Source of the DNA: Balanoglossus misakiensis
Lineage: Eukaryota; Animalia; Hemichordata
DNA length: 64,000 nt
Direction of reading: 5' to 3'
NCBI GenBank assembly: GCA_040954595.2
Contig: CM082589.2
Location: forward strand, 8,130,232-8,194,231
Shown here: piece after piece, positions 52,801-61,600 of the stretch
Layout: every line of letters begins with the position of its first letter
How positions within the stretch are numbered: position 1 is the stretch's first letter
The notes under the pieces: model-generated
Database searches by the model: none
Seen by the model: the letters and a program-made list of their open reading frames with translations, nothing else
Told to the model about the DNA's origin: nothing
Translations under genes and position numbers: made by a program

Positions 52801-55800
52801 TTCATTAAAATGCAAACATTTGCCAAAAAACATGTGAATAGACACCTCACAGGCCATAGTCGTATCATTAGCTTTCAATTGTCAATTTTAGCATGACATC
52901 GTGAGTAATTAAGCTAATTTTGCATATTTTCCATGCTGCACCTTGTCTGACAAGGTAATCGATTGCATATTTGAATTCCTTGACCCTGAAAACATTGCAA
53001 TAGACACCTCACTTAACACTGTTGGCTCTCTTTTGTAGACCATTGATTTTAGATGGGCGTGTCACCTAATTAACATAAATTAGCATTTTACCAATTCACA
53101 AAATGTTTCTAAATTAAAAAAATTGTTTAAAAATATTTAAATGAATATAAGAATATGATTTCAATAGACTATTATGGTGTTGACCTGTGATATTGCACCA
53201 TAATGGCTACAAACAGCATTTTCTTTTAGGTATTTTGAAATTATGACGTCACAAATTAATTTGCCATTTTCGACATGAAAACGTGAAAAGAATTTTTGGG
53301 AACAGGCAAATTCGAAATCAGCGTATTCGAAATATCCAAAAACAACTTGTTCCCAGCTTGTACCAAAAAAATGAATGACATGCTTTTAAAATGCTCATTT
53401 TCTGAAATTTCCACCTGGACCTAATTAACATAAATTAGCATTTTACCAATTCACAAAATGTTTCTAAATTAAAAAAATTGTTTAAAAATATTTTAATGAA
53501 TATACGAATATGATTTCAATAGACTATTATGGTGTTGACCTGTGATATTGCACCATAATGGCTACAAACAGCGTTTTCTTTTAGGTATTTTGAAATTATG
53601 ACGTCACAAATTAATTTGCCATTTTCGACATGAAAACGTGAAAAGAATTTTTGGGAACAGGCAAATTCGAAATCAGCGTATTCGAAATATCCAAAAACAA
53701 CTTGTTCCCAGCTTGTACCAAAAAAATGAATGACATGCTTTTAAAATGCTCATTTTCTGAAATTTCCACCTGGACCTAATTAACATAAATTAGCATTTTA
53801 CCAATTCACAAAATGTTTCTAAATTAAAAAAATTGTTTAAAAATATTTTAATGAATATACGAATATGATTTCAATAGACTATTATGGTGTTGACCTGTGA
53901 TATTGCACCATAATGGCTACAAACAGCGTTTTCTTTTAGGTATTTTGAAATTATGACGTCACAAATTAATTTGCCATTTTCGACATGAAAACGTGAAAAG
54001 AATTTTTGGGAACAGGCAAATTCGAAATCAGCGTATTCGAAATATCCAAAAACAACTTGTTCCCAGCTTGTACCAAAAAATGCCTGACATGCTTTTAAAA
54101 TGCTCATTTTCTGAAATTTCCACCTGACTATAGTGCCTCATCAGCGTCTTGGCGTTTCGTCTGCGCAGTCTTTGTCTGCACACGTTGTTGAAGTTGCTCG
54201 TCAGCTGGAAATTTGAATATTGCCCTGTAAAGTCACATATTTAACCATTTCCTTATAAACTGTTAAGGCGTATGTTATTTAAGCAATAAAACGCCCCCAG
54301 CTATGGTATACCACGAGATTTTGACCAGTTCACGACATATACGCACGAGCGATAGCGAGTGCGTATATGGAGTTGAACTGGTCAAAATCGAGTGGTATAC
54401 CATGGCTGGGGGTGTTTTATTGCTATTATATTATGCCAGTATATTGAAACTTTGCATAAAACATTTTTAAAAGGCATTTCCTTTGACTATGATATATGAC
54501 TGTGGTATATGGCTAATATATCACGGTCACGTGTCGTGTCTCGACCAATCAAATAGCGTGATTTACACCATCAATATACTGGTATAATATAATTTGATAT
54601 TTAGATAATTGAAAAACTTATATACCCGCAAGCTAAGCGTATCAGTGATATCTTGAACGTACCTTCGATATATCCATAAATTTCGACTCGAAGAGTCACA
54701 AAATTCCTCCAGCTGATGGGGTATATTCTAAGTACTCTTGCAAAAATAGGTTCATCAAATGTCCTTGTACATGTAGTGGTTGATGTTTCATTGCATTCAA
54801 ACACCTGGTAAATTCAAACAATCAAGAGTTCAACTCATAGATTCGAGAAGGACACATCTTAATCTTTTATTGCAGTTTTCCTAATTGAGTCATACGAGTC
54901 GCAATGTGATTAATTCTTTCAAAAGAAAACAAATGTACGCGTAGGAATGTACGAACATAAAATAAGTCATTTCAAACATTGAATTGTTGTTTTTGATAAT
55001 TAAACTCCAAATATTTGCTCGCTTTCATTAGAAAAAATTCTTTAAAGGTAAAAAGTTTCTCTGTCTCTGCCCTTTTCCCATCAACTATGTTTGATACAAG
55101 ACACTGTTTATGTTAATATACATGTGCATATATAATGAATAATTGCTCTCTACCATTTATTTATTTTGGGCGAGTTTTTACTCTATATCATACAAGTGGG
55201 ATGGAAGATGTGTGTGGTCGAACGTTGATTCACTATATATCCACATGTAGAATAACATAAACGGTGTTTTGTGTCAAACAATTAATGGCAAAAGGGCAGC
55301 GAGAGAGAGACTTTGTCCCTTTAATTGTTGCTAACTTGGTAAATAATGTTTACCTTAACAGTGCCGTTTGCATCTTTCATCCACAATTCCTCTTCAGATT
55401 GGTCATTATAGAGATAGGCTACTTGATATGTTTGTAGAAGCCCAGTATCGTTTTGACCAGCGCCACCTTGTGTTGCTATTTGTCGAATGAGGGTTCTAGC
55501 ACGTAAATCAACCTGTAGATACTGACTGCCGTTGTTTATATTGTCATTGGGACGCCAATAGCCAGCACCTGTAATATAAAGTGATGGGAAACGCATTGAT
55601 TAATTGCAACATATAGATGTTCATCATAACAACCGGCATATATTTATTTCAAAATGATTCATGCAAGTGTTCATATAAATGTATAGTCGATGAATTGAAA
55701 TCGGTCAATATATTATTTGGAAAAACATGGAATATGAACAAAAATTCTTGTTTGCTGTATCGTAATTAAGGGTCTTGCAACCGTCCTTCGAAAAAGTTCG

Positions 55801-58632
55801 CTTAGATTTCAAAATGGCGACTTTTACTGTGTAACATACAATGTTTGAATGGCAATCAAATTCGAAGTAATTAATTAAACTACAAATAGAGCTCATTTGT
55901 CATAAAACTACATGTAAGTGAATATACAGCTTACCTATCGTCATATTCAGACGAGCATTACCAGCACCGTAATTAACAAAATCATCTTTGTACGTCGTTG
56001 ACGCCGATAATTGCTCATCAGTTATCGCACCACTCTCCATTCCAAGGGCATCTGTGATAAGTAGTATAAAAATGTGTGCGAATTGGATGAGAAAACATTT
56101 TTACATAGTAAGGCCAAATAAAACAAAACATGTGCTGTTCCGATTACCCGACCTACCCTAATTTTAACCCGTCGACCCTAAACTTTTTAGAGCTTCGCAA
56201 ATCCGGAAGTAAAAATAACAATGTGAAATATACGAAATAGATAAAAATCGCGTGAATCACGCGAGAACTATGACGAAATCGCGCACACCACGCAAGAACT
56301 ATGACGTCATTTTCTACACTCTGGCGGCAAGAGAAATATAAAAAATCGCAAAATACTAGTAATAAAAATCCCTACCTACATACCCTATTTTTTGAAAACC
56401 ATGTAATCTGAACAGCACATATTTTTTTTTTTTTGGGGGGGGGGGGGCTTATGAGAGAAGATGGCTGTATACCGACACTGGAGAAGGAGAGAAACATGAC
56501 ATTAAGCTAGCTGCGTATAATATCACGAAGATAACAAGAAGACATACCTATAAGCAATATTTCCAATCTCATGCTACAACTCCATTCACAGACTAGCGGA
56601 TAAACGCGGACATAACGGGATATAATGACGTCATCGAAGATATGAGTGATAACAGTCTGTTGTGTGTATTCGTTGTGACCATCGAAAATCTACAATGAGG
56701 AGAAATGTAAATCAGTTTGTTACAGTTTATTGCCAGTATGTCACGTATAAACCAGTTTGCAAGCTCACACATTAAAGGAATACAACCACGTCTAATTGGC
56801 ATATCCCCATATGTGATCAAATGTACGTTTACGTTCTTCTAACTGGAAATCTAGGATTGTCTGAATCTCAACTTTTCATGGTTACTGAGGCTACATTGGC
56901 ATTGGTGGTCGAACAATACTACAGCAGCCAAGAAAATCACTCAGGTAGCTTATCGTATACCCAGATGCGCACACACGCACGAATGATGTAACAACAATTG
57001 CGGGTATAGACTGCTACGGTGTTCTAATATTCTTAAAGGCGTCGTATAAGAAACCGCATAAAAAGTAAAACGTGTGTATGCCACCGTCGAATAAATGTAT
57101 GAAAATAATGAATATTCTTTACTTTTTCTGCATAGGAATCGTTGACGTATGTATGATAAAATGTCCAATTATATCCATCGTTACTATAAGCAACTTTAAA
57201 TGTATAAACCCATTTCCGATTGGTCGAGATTCCGCTCCCCTGTGTTAACAATGCAGATACTCTCTGCGGTTCTTGTAAATCGATCTCTATCCAAGGATCA
57301 TCGTCATCGTATGATGGCGCCCATCCGTCCGTGTCTGCATTCAGACGACAATATGTGACGCCGTTCATGTTGGCGTCATTAATAGAGGAAGATCTGAGTT
57401 GATCGTCTGCAATGTCGCCGTTTTCAAGACCAGCTTTCTTCCCAACAGAAGGGTAAGTTGATAGTTCCGCTGAGGAAAGAACAATTAGGAAAACGATGCA
57501 TAATTGCCTGAAGTCTTCATAGTTTGCTTCCATTCTGCCGCGCGCGCATGCGCAGCAGCGTCGAGTCGAAAGGGAACAGCAGCGGGAAAATAAAGCAGGT
57601 GAACATAAATTACTAGTATTTGATTTTCGGTACATTATTAAACGGTAATGCCTTCGCGTTTACATTACATCAACGAATTAAAAAAGTGGCATTGTGAATT
57701 ATCCATTTTATCGAATATTATTGATATTGTTACAGATTTGATTATAATGCCTGTATTCGCGATAATATGTAAGATATCCTTACTTGTTGCATACACTGAA
57801 TTACTGTCATATCCGCCACATATTTGGCTGTTGTCGCCACCACAGTTTTGATCGCATTCTCTCTCCGGGTTCCAACCGTAGAGGGCATAGTTGATACCAC
57901 AGTTACATCTTGTACCGTCCTTTAGTCCTGCATATAGTCTACCTTCTTCTTTGCATAATTGAATACAATATCCTATTGTCATATCATCAGAATAAAGGAC
58001 TTCCTTCATGGTAGGCGCTGAGGAAATGTCTTGAAAGCATCCTATGTACATGTATGTATACTGGGCTGGAAAGTGAACACAAACAGTGACCAGATATTTG
58101 AAAACACCAGCAGAAATGGAATTCTTTATGGGACGAAGTCTCTCTCTCGCTGCCCTTTTTTCCATTAATACAAGAAACCGTTTATGTTAATGTACATGTG
58201 TATGTGTAGTGAATGAACGTTCAACCATACACAACTTTCATCCCACTTGTATGATATGAGTGTAAAAAATTGCCCAAAATGAATGACCGATTATTCATTT
58301 TGGCGAGTTTTTTTACTCTCGTGTCTATAAGTGGGATGGAATTTGTGTGTGGTTGAATGCTGATTCACTATATATCCACATGTAGAATAACAAAAACGGT
58401 GTCTCGTATCAAACATAATTGATGGAAGAGGGGCAGCGAGAGAGAGACCTTGTCCCTTAAACTACAAATGCGTGTAGGAACACATTTTGTAACGGATTTT
58501 CACAATGGCCAGACTCGACCCCAGAGGATTGCATGTAATGCGAACAACAAAAATTAACAATATCTTACCTATGGCATTGTCGACACTGGAAATGACAAAA
58601 ATTATTCCAAGAAAACTCCGTATAACCAGCAT
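23243..58632 (-). CDS. Secreted mosaic lectin-like protein (~1750 aa): SP-WSC-F5/8C-F5/8C-FibN-F5/8C-FTP-F5/8C-FTP-F5/8C-FibN-F5/8C[kringle+FAMeT-like inserted]-FibN
   Basis: In-phase GT-AG exons: 58632-58569 (signal peptide MLVIRSFLGIIFVISSVDNA), 58065-57784, 57469-57123, 56689-56548, 56051-55935, 55568-55354, 54804-54663, 49340-49233, 48800-48466, 48124-47971, 47207-46989, 43866-43645, 42958-42809, 42081-42002, 41198-41064, 40568-40427, 39527-39279, 38533-38309, 37692-37499, 36950-36840, 34862-34721, 34217-34101, 33570-33454, 33191-32934, 27475-27047, 26280-26162, 25623-25510, 24846-24705, 24253-24161. The terminal exon is uncertain (candidate 23328-23243). Discoidin motifs LGMESG.I.D.Q...S, ARLN, W.QVDL, ATQG and MR.E.YG recur six times. 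Confidence 0.85.
27047..27475 (-). CDS. Farnesoic acid O-methyltransferase-like (Methyltransf_FA) domain exon of the mosaic lectin
   Basis: Phase 1-1 exon reading ITFQLRNINDIFIGFSE..YGVYLAIGD..SIVR..WQQFWLTLYSGYMAFG..PLIEYQD..VNYV. It matches the remembered pattern of this domain; no HMM was run. Confidence 0.55.
27545..32392. repeat. Two diverged ~2.1-kb direct repeats (~27545-29645 and ~30265-32392), probably TE-derived
   Basis: Shared blocks throughout, e.g. ACTTTCGACCAATCAGCGTCGGCGACT, GCAATAACTGTCGACGTCGCC, CCCAATCGACGTCTCGACTACACGG and GTGAAATGGTTCCAGTTT, with many substitutions and indels. Confidence 0.9.
32701..32804. repeat. Short fold-back element with paired poly-G/poly-C arms
   Basis: CTGTGGTAACGCAGCTGTAC..G-run..CTGATTAC-gggtg-GTAATCAG..C-run..GTACAGCTGCGTTACCACAG. 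Confidence 0.85.
32934..33191 (-). CDS. Kringle domain exon of the mosaic lectin
   Basis: ECYTLQDGSDYRG..SHT..CLVW..HNYCRNPNKETGPWCFV..WQYCDI: six-Cys kringle signature in a phase 1-1 exon. Confidence 0.92.
33710..34086. mobile_element. ~370-bp MITE-like element; inverted copy at 42421-42779
   Basis: Termini TAGAAT(C)TCACACTCC...GGAGTGTGA..TCTA. Both copies share CACTCGCCTGCGG(C/T)TCGTGTGGGACA and the CCAATCAGCGCTC/GAGCGCTGATTGG block. Confidence 0.75.
35030..35230. repeat. (ACACA)n pentanucleotide microsatellite
   Basis: Direct inspection; source of the VVLCC/TTQHN ORFs. Confidence 0.98.
35296..36620. mobile_element. Non-autonomous PIF/Harbinger-type element (1.3 kb) with a nested insertion and a telomere-like tract
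   Basis: TTA|GGGCCTGGTCAGAATTAACAGGGGG...CCCCCTGTTAATTCTGACCAGGCCC|TTA; (CCCTAA)n at ~35608-35652. Confidence 0.88.
36029..36463. mobile_element. Nested TIR element with TAG...CTA termini and a 9-bp TSD (AcademH- or Mutator-like)
   Basis: GATATTGTG|TAGCCCGGAGACACAGGCGT...ACGCCTGTGTCTCCGGGCTA|GATATTGTG. Confidence 0.88.
37753..37835. mobile_element. 83-bp hairpin mini-element with TAG...CTA termini and a ~8-bp TSD
   Basis: tCTCCCCG|TAGTCTCGGTTACCCAGA..CTCTGCTTCTTCCGTTGG..CCAACGGAAGAAGCAGAG..TCTGGGTAACCGAGACTA|cCTCCCCG. Confidence 0.8.
38070..38240. mobile_element. Decayed TAG...CTA TIR element with a degenerate 9-bp TSD
   Basis: TGTGCTGAC|TAGACTCTCTCGCAGC...GCTGTGATATAGTCTA|TGTACTGAT. Confidence 0.55.
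38997..39197. mobile_element. Penelope-like retroelement pLTR remnant with an inverted partial duplication
   Basis: Inverted arms at 38996-39038 and 39095-39137 enclose a hammerhead ribozyme. The insert is flanked by a 17-bp direct repeat GTATA(A/T)AGGTATATGTA (38980-38996, 39198-39214). Confidence 0.7.
39031..39081 (-). ncRNA. Minimal type I hammerhead ribozyme
   Basis: Minus strand reads AGUCUC-CUGAUGA-GUGAGUC-CAAU-GACUCAC-GAAA-CAACGUUG-UA^GAGAUU: intact core, 7-bp stem II, 6-bp stem I, palindromic stem III and a GUA cleavage triplet. Confidence 0.88.
40630..40835. repeat. (TTCA)n followed by (TTTA)n microsatellites
   Basis: Direct inspection. Confidence 0.96.
43645..47207 (-). CDS. F-type (fucolectin/FTP) domain 1 of the mosaic lectin (exons 47207-46989 and 43866-43645)
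   Basis: AAIDGN..SCMHT..PWWLVDLG..SRGDSHNR..CG..C.GSLTGRYVSI..LQMCEVYVF, with exact H-X26-R-X-D spacing. A second, degenerate FTP domain is encoded by exons 39527-39279 and 38533-38309. Confidence 0.88.
44272..46972. repeat. (TACA)n microsatellite of ~2.65 kb ending in (CA)/(GACA)n
   Basis: Direct inspection; source of the 900-1000 aa IHTY/MYVC ORFs. Confidence 0.99.
47383..47935. repeat. Three tandem 128-bp units spanning the left end of a Kolobok-like MITE (47424-47935)
   Basis: Units start at TAGTGACTG at 47383, 47511 and 47639; each contains flank plus AGGGACAAAGTCTCTCTCTCGCTGC. Confidence 0.9.
50107..52251. mobile_element. Nested long-inverted-repeat element inside the 4.6-kb transposon
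   Basis: ~250-bp inverted arms at 50107-~50350 and ~52005-52251 (ACTTGGCTCAGATG..GTGTACTAAACAAATTCAGATAG / CTATCTGAATTTGTTTAGTACAC..CATCTGAGCCAAGT). Confidence 0.7.
53066..54130. repeat. Three tandem 355-bp copies of the transposon right end
   Basis: Units start at CTAATTAACATAAATTAGC at 53066, 53421 and 53776; only the last ends in the intact CCACCTGACTA terminus. Confidence 0.95.
54281..54425. repeat. ~145-bp near-perfect palindrome (hairpin element)
   Basis: AGCAATAAAAC..GGTATACCAC..TTTTGACCAGTTCA..CGCACGAGCGATAGCGAGTGCG..TGAACTGGTCAAAA..GTGGTATACC..GTTTTATTGCT. Confidence 0.85.
55046..55320. mobile_element. Kolobok-like palindromic MITE (AGG...CCT termini, TTAA TSD); other copies at ~39681-39909, 47424-47935 and ~58129-58457
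   Basis: TTAA|AGG..AAAGT(T/C)TCTCT...AGAGAGACTTTGTCCCT|TTAA; four related copies, all in introns of the lectin gene. Confidence 0.75.
57784..58065 (-). CDS. WSC carbohydrate-binding domain exon of the mosaic lectin
   Basis: YIGCFQD..MTIGYCIQLC..YAGLKDGTRCNCG..EC...CGGD.SQICGG..SVY: eight-Cys WSC signature. Confidence 0.93.
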
Positions 58633-61600
58633 GATATCTCCAATGCATTCTCCTTACGACGTGTCAATTATTTTGCGAAGTCCCATTTGAGACAAAGCTA
58701 CGAATCTTCTAACAGAGTAGTAAGACTGCAAGTACACTAACTCATGTATATTGACATAAATTAATGTATATATTAAATAATTGTATTCCTCATAATGAAC
58801 ACCTGTTATTATTCACACATGTAAAGTGGCATTAATGTCACTATCGAATTGAATTCGATTTTTAAATGGATTTGCCTTCATACAAAATTGTCAAATCCAA
58901 TTGTTTGATGTCTACAAGTCTGTTTAGAAAGAGCATATATGTTCACACGGAAATGCTAATAAACCGGCATCTCGCTTTATGTTTACGGCACTATATTGAC
59001 ATCGATCAGAATAAAGCGAACATCTGACAGTGTACAAAATTATTATAAACGACGGCGGTAGCGGTCACATAGAGGCGACTAAAGTCAATATTTGATGACA
59101 CTCAATAGCGTTTATTTTCCGAACCAAAACCTATAATGTCCACGGGTAAGAAGAAAATTGGGTTGATGGAAAAGTTGACTTTTATTCAAAAATCAATATT
59201 CTCTGTATTTAAATGGCAGTGCGGTAACAACGTGACCCAGTGCTGCAAACAATCATATGAATAAAATTTGAACTGTCACCCAAACATCTAGTTGCGTAGA
59301 CAAAATAATTTGCGCCTGTTTGAGCAGCGTACACTGTAATGCCCGTGTGCCAAACACGTTGTCTATGGGAGTCACAGAAATACTACCCACTTTCGGGCGT
59401 GGAATTCAACACGGTCATACGGGGTTTTAGAAAGAGGCGCTTAGAGGCACTTTCATGTTTTTAAACTGTTATGATGAAGAAAAACTCAAAAATGCTTTTT
59501 TAAATGATATCGCCCCGACCGTTTTCATGTAATAATGCCCAAAACACAGCTAATTAACTTTTTTAAGGTCCTACTTTAAGATTGGGTATGTCAATTTGAA
59601 CTCTCCGTAAAATAAACACAGATGTAGTATCATACGGAAGAAAATGTCTGGTGTTTCACACATAATGTAACTTTCTAAATTTGTGATCGTGATTTATTTC
59701 TATGATCACATTCTGTTAAAAAAAACGGGGTTTTTCGAGCCTTTACTGTCGACAAGTCGCGCATATGAGTGAGCCAGAATGCCGCACTCTGGTTGGTCAA
59801 TTTAGTAGCCACTAGAGGGCAGCGTTCGTGAGTCGCCCCCCCCCCCCTGCTGTGAATGTTTGTTTTCTTAACAGATAAACGCATCAATTCCTAACAAAGC
59901 CCATGCCTAGTTTACAGTGCAAAGGCAGCCATATCAATTGCTATTTATTTGTAACCTAAAATGAAAGTGGAATAAAAAGTCACTTTGCACAACATTTTTA
60001 TCAAACACCTATTCTGACAATTTTTTTCTGTCAAAGCTCCATGGACCAATACCAAATTAGAAAGTTTTTTCGTTTATGACATATCGAGTCATACAAATAA
60101 ACACATTTCACAGTGCACTTACTCATTTTTCCTTATTTGTTGTTGTATTCGGTTGACTGGTGTTTCAAATATTTAAATTGCGTTAATGTCCTTACCAGTG
60201 TGTCCACAAATAATACCTATATTTTTGCATACTGTGTACATGACATTGACTGCTGTCATGCTGATGACGCCCTCTATGCTCAAGTGAGAAGGTCATCAAA
60301 ATGGACAGCTATGTTAGAATTATCCACGCGTTATATTCTCTACACGAAGAATGGTACCTCTGCTGCCAAACGTCAATTAGAAGAGCGCCCTCTATTTTCA
60401 AGCATGAATAATTTCAATCTATGATAGATATAGTTACCCACCATTGAACTTCTTTTTTATTAGTGCTATATTTTTGAAATAAATGTTTCGAATTTGATAA
60501 AAACATGCCAGAAATATTGATACAACAGGGTTCTGGCTGCGTTGTGAGACATTTAGCAGTGTCATGTTAATTAATGGATAATTTAACTAATTTGTGCAAT
60601 TAGCCCTTTGAATTCCGAGTTCCTGCACCAATATATGATATATGTTGAAATAAAAAAACACCAAAGCATTTTGCGTGCATGCACATTCAGTAGGTTCAGC
60701 AAGGAACGTAAATATGAAAACAATGCCTCCATTATCATCTGCATAGTTCCATTTTCTTTGAATTTTCAATATTCATATAACTCTCCTAATATAACTCTAG
60801 TCTATCAACTTCAGTTGTCCATAGGCGCTGGTATTCTACATCACTGGTAGATTTGTGTTTGTCATATCATAACACAAGACTTACAACTGAAGTTCAACGT
60901 CTTTCTTTTCAGCATCAACCTGTTGGATGGTTCGGAAAAAATCTGAAACACACACCACAAGAAGTTCACTTTCAAACTACATCACACACAAGGTATAGCA
61001 ACTAGTGAAGGCACAAAGACAAAGTAACACAGATTTGTCCACGACAAATCATTGTGGAACAGACAACTGGAATGATTCAGAGCACTTTTGAAGAAAGATA
61101 ATTTCTCAATTTCTTCCTTCTGCAGGCCACTAATTTGATTTACCAACTTGACAATACTTCAAAAACATTCCCAAGATGTAGATATAGAGAAATGATGTGT
61201 CCTGTCTGTTTTACTTTTAGTGAAAATTGCACTTTAATTGCTCAGCGACAATAGAAGATTAGTTTTACAATACCCTGAATATCATCTTGGAATCAGAAAT
61301 GGAACTGTGGTTTTGAAAGAGACTTTCCCAAGTAGGCACAAGTTTGGAAGCAAGTGTATACATACCACAAGCATCGCACATACCCTTTCTGTACAGACTG
61401 ATACTTCTGCCGCGAAACTGGAGAGAACTAGCATGCAACAGGTGTGAGGTTAAACCAAATGAACAAAATAAAACAAATTATGCATTTATGGATGTTTTCT
61501 TTTAGAACTGCTCTCTGGGAATATCTGGCCATATGCCATGCGTGATGCCTGTATTTTTCACTTTATATCGTCCACTTCACGTATTTACATTTGCCGACGC

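Larger units (their letters stand above)
49510..54130. mobile_element. 4.6-kb Academ-like DNA transposon (TAG...CTA termini, 3-bp TSD); no intact transposase seen
   Basis: TAG|TAGTCAGGTGGAGATTTGAGAAA...TTTCTGAAATTTCCACCTGACTA|TAG, with imperfect TIRs >100 bp (GGCATTTTTTGGTACAAGC, TACGCTGATTTCGAA, GCCTGTTCCCAAAA). The superfamily call rests on termini and TSD only. Confidence 0.75.

Noticed and set aside
47383-54130. Regularly spaced repeats as a CRISPR-like array
   Set aside because: The units are full tandem copies without unique spacers, in eukaryotic introns with no cas genes.
54131-54224. Possible extra lectin exon interrupted by the transposon, and a CUGAUGA hammerhead-like motif at the same site
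   Set aside because: No domain similarity, and a stop follows once the TE is removed. The reconstructed motif lacks a proper GAAA/stem I arrangement. The flanking exons already join in phase.
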